The position numbers and the translations under genes were made by a program. This document shows, piece by piece, positions 57,202 to 64,000 of a stretch of 64,000 bases of DNA. The notes below the pieces were generated by a model. That model worked only from the letters and a program-made list of their open reading frames with translations, was not told the DNA's origin and searched no databases. The stretch covers positions 80,095-144,094 of the forward strand of contig CAOJJB010000001.1 of assembly GCA_948436975.1 (NCBI GenBank), written 5' to 3'. The DNA is from an uncultured Clostridium sp. (GTDB lineage: Bacteria > Bacillota > Clostridia > TANB77 > CAG-508). The number at the start of each line of letters is the position of its first letter. Position 1 is the stretch's first letter.

Positions 57202-60200
57202 ATGGATTTAAAGAAATTTTTTAAAACAAAGTATATAAAATTGTTTGCAATAGTGATAGTTTTGATTTTAACAATAGGACTATTTTTTAAAGTAAGTGAA
57301 ACTATAAGAGTAAAAGGAAATAGTTCTTTGTCAAAAGTAATAGAATATGCAATAGTAAATGATGGTGAAAATGTAATTGAAGGAACAAATGGTAATATTG
57401 AATTTGATGCATTTTTTATAGGAAAAAATGACGAAGGAATAGATGAAAAATTTAGAGGAACTTGCAAACAAATTGGATATGAAGATACTTTGTATATGGA
57501 ATTAAACGTATTAGAAGGAACATTAAAAAACGCACAAATTGTAATAAATGATGGAACAGAAAGTGGAAATATTTATTTACAAGGATCAATTATAAAAGAT
57601 GATGAAATAAAAGAAAATGTAATAGAAAATAGTATAAAAACAATAAGTTTAAATTCAATGTCAAATAAATCTAAAACAATAACAGCTAAAGTACATTCAG
57701 GGAATTATACATATGAAAGTAAAAAAATGGAAGCTTTAGGAAATAATTCTGAGAACTATAGTAAAATAAATAAAATAACACTACAGGGAATATATGTAAC
57801 TCCTACTGGAAGGGAAATACAGATAAATAAAGATGTTGAATTTACAGTGGATTGGTATGGGGAAGTAGAAGCACAAATACCAGAGTATGTATATGGAAAT
57901 ATAGAAAATCTAAATCAAGTAAAAGATATTAATACAGCTATTGATGAAGATTATGATGAATTTAATGTTAATTTTGATTTTTATGTACAAGAAACTAAAA
58001 ATGAGTTATTAATAGAGAACTTAAATGTAAATATGAATATACCTAATTTAAATGGATATAAACCAAAATATGTAAAAGTAAAATCTCCATATATAGACTA
58101 TAATTATGATGAAGAAATAGGTAATTTAAATATAAATAAATTTAATTCAGAAAGCAAAGTAATAGATGGAATTGATGGTAAAAATAGAGTCAATAAGTTT
58201 AAAATAGAAATAATATATCCATTAGAGGCTTATAAAAGTAATAGTTTTAGTATATTACAGTTAAACATTCCAGTAGAATCATATTATGAATGTAGTAATA
58301 ACCCTAATGAAGGTATAATAATTTATAATGAAAACTATACTGATGAGGATGAAAAGTATTCAGAAATATACTTTGAAAATCCAATAGTATCAGAAAGTGT
58401 AAAAGAAATACTTACATTAACTTATAAAGGAAATGATTTTACAGAAAACAAATTTGAGATAGAAGTTAGAGGATTAAATTCAGAAAAAGGAGATATATCA
58501 AAATCAAGAGTATTAGATATTTTTAATGAAAATTCAGTTGGTGAAATTGGAGAAAGATATCTATCTATTTGGCATGGAATAAATAAAAATAACAATTCAA
58601 GTTCAAAAATGATAATGAAAGAAGGCAAAAACGAAGGAGAACAAATAGTAGATCAGTTCGTAAAAAATAATAATGAAACTCAAAATATAGATGATTTTAC
58701 TAAAAATGTAGGTATATATTTTGGTAATCCAATGCTATCATTAGGAAAAGATGGAGAAATTAGAGTTTATGATGATGAAACAAATAAATTAATAAAAAGA
58801 TTTACCAAAGATAATTGGAATTCATATTCAGAAAATAATCCATATTATTATGAAATGCCAGTAAAACATATCAGAATTGAAACAAGTAGTGTAAGTCAAA
58901 ATAGTAGTATATTTGTATATAATATAAAAGAACTAGATGATTATAAAATAGCTCAAAGCTATACAAAAGAGGAATTTGAAAATATACAATATATTCAAAG
59001 TATATTATCAGGATATTTAAATAATGAACTTATAAATATCAGTACAAATAAAAGAGAATATATAGGAGATGTAAAAAATAATAATATATCAAATTTAAAT
59101 TTAAAATTGTTATTGTCTGAAGAAACAGAATTTATAGATTCAGATTGTGCATTTAGATTAACTGGTAAAAATCATGAAAATGGAACAATTTCTAATGATG
59201 ACTTATTATTTACAAATTTAATGTATGATGAGGAATATATTTTAGAGGAAGTATCTTTAAATGGAGATATACAGGAAAAAATATATATTAAAGACAGAAT
59301 AGTTTTTGTTATAACAAAAGAAAACAAAATAGTAATAAAATCTGGTGATAAAGATAGAAATCTTATAATGGAACTTTTAATATATACAGATTTGAAAGTA
59401 TTACTAAAAGAGAAAAACACTACAAATCCAATTTCTAATGCTACTTTTAAATTAACTGGTTCAAATTATGAGCAGAGTAAAATTGTTAAAACTAATTCAA
59501 ATGGTGAAGCTATTTTTAAGGGATTAGTATGTAATGATGGATATGTTTTAGAAGAAATAGATTCAAATGAATATATAAAAACAGAAAATATATCATTTTA
59601 TATATCAATGGATAGAGGAATAGTAATAGAAAAAGAAACTAATGATGGAATTATAGAAGAAGAAATACCATCAAGTATAGTAGATAATGTTGCTATTTTA
59701 AATATTGAAAATGTAAAGCTTGAAAAGTTTAATTTAGAAATAAATAAAATTATAAGAAATGAAAATATTGGATTGCCAAATGTAAAGTATAAACTTTATT
59801 GTGAAAAAGAATACATTGGAGAATATGTAACAGATGAAACTGGCAAAATTGTTATTGAAAATCTATATGAATATAATGCAATTCAAAATACAAGTGGAAT
59901 GTATACTTTAGAAGAGATATCAATACCTGATGGATATACTAAATCAGAAAATTTAAAATTTAGAGTAGAATATAGACCTGATGGACTTAAATTTATTACT
60001 ACATCTGGAAATGTTGATAAACAAGTAGTAGATAGAAATAATATAAGTATAACTTTAGGAACAAATAATATTTCAACACCAAGTTTTAAATTAGTAAATA
60101 AAGATAGAGAAACAGGAACTATTTTAGCAGGTTCAAAATTTGCAATATATAATGTTAAAACAACTGGAGATGAAGTTGCTTTAGATGTTAATTATAATAT

Positions 60201-63200
60201 ACTAGGAACAAAAGAAATAATTAATGGACAAACATATTATGTTTTAACAACAAATGAAAATGGTGAAATTCAAGCTAACTTGAGAGAAGGTTTATATAAA
60301 GCGGTTCAATTAGAAACTTTAGATAATAGATATGATTTAACAGATAATGTTTATTATTTTGGTATAGGTGTAAGTGATTGGAAAGATGAAAAGATTATTA
60401 CTGTAAATGAAAATGATAATATCAAAGAAATGAAGAAAACAAGTGATAATGGTTTTATAGGAGTTGGAACATTTTATAATGATACTATAATAATTGGAGA
60501 TAAAGTTATAAATAATACAGGAAGATCTGATGGATTTATAGTTAAATATAATTCATATGGAGAAGTTGAATGGATAGAAACAGCAAAAGGAGAAGCATAT
60601 GATGGATTTAATACTGTATTAGAAACTAGAGATGGAGGATATATAGTATCAGGACATTCTGTATCACAAGGTGTTCAAGATGCAACTGTTTATATAGGTC
60701 AATATAAAATAGATACAACAAATGATAAAAATTTTATTGTTAAATTTAATAATTTAGGAGATGTAGAGTGGGTTAGATTATTAGATGATAATGGAAAATT
60801 TAATATTGATTCTATATTAGAATTAGATGATGGATATATAGTAGCTGGTAAATTTAGTAGTGAAAGTATAAATATATCAGGTATATCTATTAATAATAAA
60901 TCTGGAAAAATGGAAGGAATAGATACATATTATAATGATAGTATTATAGCTAAGTATAATAAAAATGGAGAATTTCAATGGGTTAATTCTTTTGGTGGAG
61001 ATAAATCAGATACTATTTCAAATATTATAAATACAAAAGATAATGGAATTATTGTTTGTGGAGATATATACAGTACAGAAATAGAAATAGGAGAAAATAC
61101 TTTTTTTAACGAGCCAAATTTAAATGAAATTTATGAGCATTTTGCTATACTAGTGAAATATAATGCTTTAGGGAATATTGAATGGAGTAAATCTATAATA
61201 GGAAAAAATGATGTTACTATTACAACAATAAAAGAGAATCGAGATACAAGTATAATAGTAGGTGGAACTTTTTGTGGTACAATACAAATAAATGATAGTA
61301 TACTAAAAAATGAACCAATAGAAGGAACATATTATAGTGATGGAATGATTATAAAAATGTCTAATAATGGAGAATTTCAATGGGCTAAAGCAATACAAGG
61401 AGATAATACAGAATCTATTAAAAAAGTTGTAGAATTAGATAACGAGGATTATATTGCGATAGGAAATTATAATGGAAGTTATGTAAAAATAGGAGAATTT
61501 ATATTAGAAAATGAATTTTTAAAAAATGACTTGTTTGGCGAGGAATATGAATATTATCCATCTAGTGTTGTTGTAATTAGATATGATACAAATGGTAGTG
61601 TAAAAAATGTACAATCTATAAAAGGAGATGCTGATAGTAGTATTAAAGATGTGTTATCAACAGAAGATGGTGGATATGTAATATCAGGAATTTCTGGAGC
61701 TAGTAATATAAATATAAATGGAATATATACAATACCTAATATACCAATTATAAATTCAGTAATTGATAATGAAATTAGAAATAATGAATTAGATGATGAT
61801 ATTGGAATAGAAGATATAGAAATTAGTTATAATGAATATGATTTTATTGCTAAATTTAATCAAAATGATAATGTAGAATGTGGTGAATTTATAGAAACAA
61901 CAAATCTAGAATTGCAAAAATATAATAATAATTGTATTGCAGTATCAACTTATGATAATAAATTACTTTCTAAAGAGTTAATAGTACCATTAAAAACAAG
62001 TATAAAAGAAATATACAATTCTATTAATAAATTTAGAATTGTAACTAATTGTAATGATGGTGGAACTATATCAGGTAAAGAGAAAGTAGTATATGAAACA
62101 GTAAAATATGGTGAAAATAGTACAAAAGAAATAAAAATACAACCAGAAGATGGATATGAAATAGGAACAATTACAATAAATGAAGAGCCATATAGTTTTC
62201 AATTAGAAGAAGATGGAAGTGTAACAATACCAAAATTTGAAAATTTAACAGAAGATAAAAAAATAATAGTGAAGTTTGTACCAGATGAAGAAAAGCTAAT
62301 AATAAATGTAACAGATGAAACAGGAAATAAAATACCAAAAGCATTATTTGCTATTAAAGATTTAGATTATGAAGACATAGAAGAAATAAGATTTATAACA
62401 GACAAAGAAGGAAGAGCAGTAGTACAAGCATCACTAGGAACATATGAAATAAGAAGTATAAGTATACCAGATGGTTATCAAGAAAATTATAGAGAAGAAT
62501 ACATATTTGAAGATGAAGATCAAAACACAATTAATATAAGGTTACAAAAACTAGATAAAGTAACAGTACATCATTATTTAAAAGATAAACAAGGAAATTA
62601 TACAAAAACAAAAGTTGCAGAAGATGATATATATAAAGCAAAAACAGGAGAAAAATATAATGTACAAGCAAAATTAGATTTAAAAGAGTATGAACTAATA
62701 AAAGATTCAAATAATAAATATATAATTCCAAATGGAACCAACTATGTATCAGAACCAGCAATAGGGGAATATAGAGGAAACAAAGAAGTAATATTTTATT
62801 ATGAAGAAAGAGGCACTAGATTAATAGTACACCATTACCAAGCTGGAACAGATGAAAAAGCAATTTTAGGAGATGGAAATTTAGTAGAGGATGAGATATA
62901 TAGTGGCCATAAAGGTCAAGAATATAGTATAAATCGTATTCCAAAATATAATGAAGCAGATAAATCAAGAACATTAGCAGAAGGATATGATTTAGTAGAT
63001 ATACTTGGAAAAGAAACAGGAAATTATGGAGAAAATGAAATAATTGTATATTATTATTATGATATATCAAAATTCTCAATAACAACTAGAGTAGTTAAAC
63101 ATATAGAAATAACTCAAGAAGGAGAAGAAATTGAAGTAAAAGGTGGGACAATTTCAGGAGAAGAAGAAAGACCTTATGAAACAGTAGACTTTGGAGGATA

Positions 63201-64000
63201 TAGCACAAATGAGTTTATAATAACACCAGATTTTGGATATGAAATAAAATATGTAAAAATAAATGGTATAGATGTAGACTATATGGTAGATTCAGAAGGA
63301 AATGCAGAATTAGGATATATTGATAATATTAGAGAAGATAAAAAAATAGAAGTATTTTTTGATAGAATGGTAGGATCTGTAATAGTTCATTATTATGATG
63401 AAGAAACTAATGAAAAAATAATGGAAGATGAAGAAGTTACAGGATATGTAGGTTATACTTATGAACTAGAACCTAGTGAAAATATACCAGAATATTATGA
63501 AAAAACAAGAGAAGAGGGAGCAGTTACAGGAGTATTTCAAAAAGAACCACAAGAAGCAAGTTTTTATTTTAGAATAAAAAATTATGATTATATAATAGAA
63601 TATTATTATGATGAACAAATAGATGAAAGTAAGACAGAAACAAATCAGGCTAAATATGGTGAAGAAATAACAGAAGATACTTTAGCAGAAAAAATACAAA
63701 ATAATTTAAAATCAGGTTTTGAATTTGATAGTAGTAATACAAACTTACCACTAATAATAACAGAAGATTCTCAAAATAATATAATAAGAATATTTTATAC
63801 AAGTAAAGAAGGAGTAGATAAAAATAAATCAACTTATACAGTAAAATATTACTATGATAATATTCTTGATGAAACAAAAACTGAAAAAAATTCAGCAGAA
63901 ATAGGAAGCATAATTGATACATATGTAGATAAATGTTTAGAAGGATATGAATTAAGTTCTACAAAAGGATTAGGATTAGTAGTAGATAAAGATCCTGAAA
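57202..64000 (+). CDS. Giant surface protein, 5' part only (more than 2266 aa; runs off the window): Cna-B/SpaA-like domains, a 7-bladed SBBP-type beta-propeller region, divergent InlB-B-repeat-like domains and MucBP-like repeats
   Basis: Not in the ORF track because no stop is reached. ATG 57202 lies 8-10 nt after AAAGGAG, and the frame is closed upstream by TAA at 57154. I translated the whole stretch by hand and spot-checked the frame at 58501, 60001, 61501, 63001 and 63961; no stops were found. The N-terminus is MDLKKFFKTKYIKLFAIVIVLILTIGLFF. Cna-B-like segments (about 59420..60340) include NATFKLTGSNYEQSKIVKTNSNGEAIFKGL and VKYKLYCEK...TDETGKIVIENL. SBBP-like blades (about 60400..61900) include DGFIVKYNSYGEVEWIE, FIVKFNNLGDVEWVR, IIAKYNKNGEFQWVN, ILVKYNALGNIEWSK and MIIKMSNNGEFQWAK. 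MucBP-like repeats (from 62560) include VTVHHYLKDKQGNY and LIVHHYQAGTDEK. Confidence 0.85.
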   Translation, partial: MDLKKFFKTKYIKLFAIVIVLILTIGLFFKVSETIRVKGNSSLSKVIEYAIVNDGENVIEGTNGNIEFDAFFIGKNDEGIDEKFRGTCKQIGYEDTLYMELNVLEGTLKNAQIVINDGTESGNIYLQGSIIKDDEIKENVIENSIKTISLNSMSNKSKTITAKVHSGNYTYESKKMEALGNNSENYSKINKITLQGIYVTPTGREIQINKDVEFTVDWYGEVEAQIPEYVYGNIENLNQVKDINTAIDEDYDEFNVNFDFYVQETKNELLIENLNVNMNIPNLNGYKPKYVKVKSPYIDYNYDEEIGNLNINKFNSESKVIDGIDGKNRVNKFKIEIIYPLEAYKSNSFSILQLNIPVESYYECSNNPNEGIIIYNENYTDEDEKYSEIYFENPIVSESVKEILTLTYKGNDFTENKFEIEVRGLNSEKGDISKSRVLDIFNENSVGEIGERYLSIWHGINKNNNSSSKMIMKEGKNEGEQIVDQFVKNNNETQNIDDFTKNVGIYFGNPMLSLGKDGEIRVYDDETNKLIKRFTKDNWNSYSENNPYYYEMPVKHIRIETSSVSQNSSIFVYNIKELDDYKIAQSYTKEEFENIQYIQSILSGYLNNELINISTNKREYIGDVKNNNISNLNLKLLLSEETEFIDSDCAFRLTGKNHENGTISNDDLLFTNLMYDEEYILEEVSLNGDIQEKIYIKDRIVFVITKENKIVIKSGDKDRNLIMELLIYTDLKVLLKEKNTTNPISNATFKLTGSNYEQSKIVKTNSNGEAIFKGLVCNDGYVLEEIDSNEYIKTENISFYISMDRGIVIEKETNDGIIEEEIPSSIVDNVAILNIENVKLEKFNLEINKIIRNENIGLPNVKYKLYCEKEYIGEYVTDETGKIVIENLYEYNAIQNTSGMYTLEEISIPDGYTKSENLKFRVEYRPDGLKFITTSGNVDKQVVDRNNISITLGTNNISTPSFKLVNKDRETGTILAGSKFAIYNVKTTGDEVALDVNYNILGTKEIINGQTYYVLTTNENGEIQANLREGLYKAVQLETLDNRYDLTDNVYYFGIGVSDWKDEKIITVNENDNIKEMKKTSDNGFIGVGTFYNDTIIIGDKVINNTGRSDGFIVKYNSYGEVEWIETAKGEAYDGFNTVLETRDGGYIVSGHSVSQGVQDATVYIGQYKIDTTNDKNFIVKFNNLGDVEWVRLLDDNGKFNIDSILELDDGYIVAGKFSSESINISGISINNKSGKMEGIDTYYNDSIIAKYNKNGEFQWVNSFGGDKSDTISNIINTKDNGIIVCGDIYSTEIEIGENTFFNEPNLNEIYEHFAILVKYNALGNIEWSKSIIGKNDVTITTIKENRDTSIIVGGTFCGTIQINDSILKNEPIEGTYYSDGMIIKMSNNGEFQWAKAIQGDNTESIKKVVELDNEDYIAIGNYNGSYVKIGEFILENEFLKNDLFGEEYEYYPSSVVVIRYDTNGSVKNVQSIKGDADSSIKDVLSTEDGGYVISGISGASNININGIYTIPNIPIINSVIDNEIRNNELDDDIGIEDIEISYNEYDFIAKFNQNDNVECGEFIETTNLELQKYNNNCIAVSTYDNKLLSKELIVPLKTSIKEIYNSINKFRIVTNCNDGGTISGKEKVVYETVKYGENSTKEIKIQPEDGYEIGTITINEEPYSFQLEEDGSVTIPKFENLTEDKKIIVKFVPDEEKLIINVTDETGNKIPKALFAIKDLDYEDIEEIRFITDKEGRAVVQASLGTYEIRSISIPDGYQENYREEYIFEDEDQNTINIRLQKLDKVTVHHYLKDKQGNYTKTKVAEDDIYKAKTGEKYNVQAKLDLKEYELIKDSNNKYIIPNGTNYVSEPAIGEYRGNKEVIFYYEERGTRLIVHHYQAGTDEKAILGDGNLVEDEIYSGHKGQEYSINRIPKYNEADKSRTLAEGYDLVDILGKETGNYGENEIIVYYYYDISKFSITTRVVKHIEITQEGEEIEVKGGTISGEEERPYETVDFGGYSTNEFIITPDFGYEIKYVKINGIDVDYMVDSEGNAELGYIDNIREDKKIEVFFDRMVGSVIVHYYDEETNEKIMEDEEVTGYVGYTYELEPSENIPEYYEKTREEGAVTGVFQKEPQEASFYFRIKNYDYIIEYYYDEQIDESKTETNQAKYGEEITEDTLAEKIQNNLKSGFEFDSSNTNLPLIITEDSQNNIIRIFYTSKEGVDKNKSTYTVKYYYDNILDETKTEKNSAEIGSIIDTYVDKCLEGYELSSTKGLGLVVDKDPE

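Noticed and set aside
1-64000. Mobile elements, prophage genes, defence systems, tRNA or rRNA genes and riboswitches
   Set aside because: I recognised no transposase, integrase, phage, Cas or restriction motifs in any translated frame, and no cloverleaf-like or rRNA-like GC-rich segments in the intergenic regions. Small RNAs cannot be excluded without covariance-model searches.

Overview
This is a very AT-rich (about 25-30% GC by eye) Firmicute/Clostridia-like chromosomal segment, coded almost entirely on the + strand. All domain calls come from reading motifs in the translations; no database or HMM search was possible.

Backbone. A conserved housekeeping backbone is present: hemolysin-III, a GerMN protein, a yabB-like methyltransferase, rsmI, acpS, tatD, lemA-htpX, a yabE-like G5/3D protein, comM-dprA-yraN, an AI-2E transporter and rpoB-rpoC.

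Surface proteins. Seven predicted surface-protein genes interrupt the backbone and fill about 59% of the window:
- a 1362-aa LRR protein ending in a dockerin;
- a 305-aa cohesin-like protein with an LPATG anchor;
- a 490-aa protein with five MucBP repeats;
- a 3864-aa DUF11/SdrD-B-like giant;
- a 4044-aa giant with NPCBM, a transglutaminase-like core, a discoidin domain, about 35 tandem Ig-like repeats and a dockerin;
- a 214-aa Big_2 protein;
- an open-ended ORF of more than 2266 aa (57202..64000), absent from the supplied ORF track, carrying Cna-B/SpaA-like, SBBP beta-propeller and MucBP-like modules.

Most interesting observations:
1. An apparent non-cellulosomal cohesin-dockerin display system, with one wall-anchored cohesin and two dockerin-tagged giant adhesin-like proteins.
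2. A complete sorting-signal-like segment followed directly by a signal-peptide-like segment in the middle of the 3864-aa ORF, giving two secreted-protein modules in one frame.
3. A 229-bp nested inverted-repeat element inside an unusually long (413 bp) rpoB-rpoC spacer.
4. rpoBC stripped of its usual ribosomal-protein neighbours and flanked by giant adhesin genes.
5. Recently duplicated, about 96% identical repeat units inside the 4044-aa gene.
6. Similar A-tract-containing promoter regions upstream of the giant genes.

I recognised no rRNA, tRNA, CRISPR array, transposase or phage genes.
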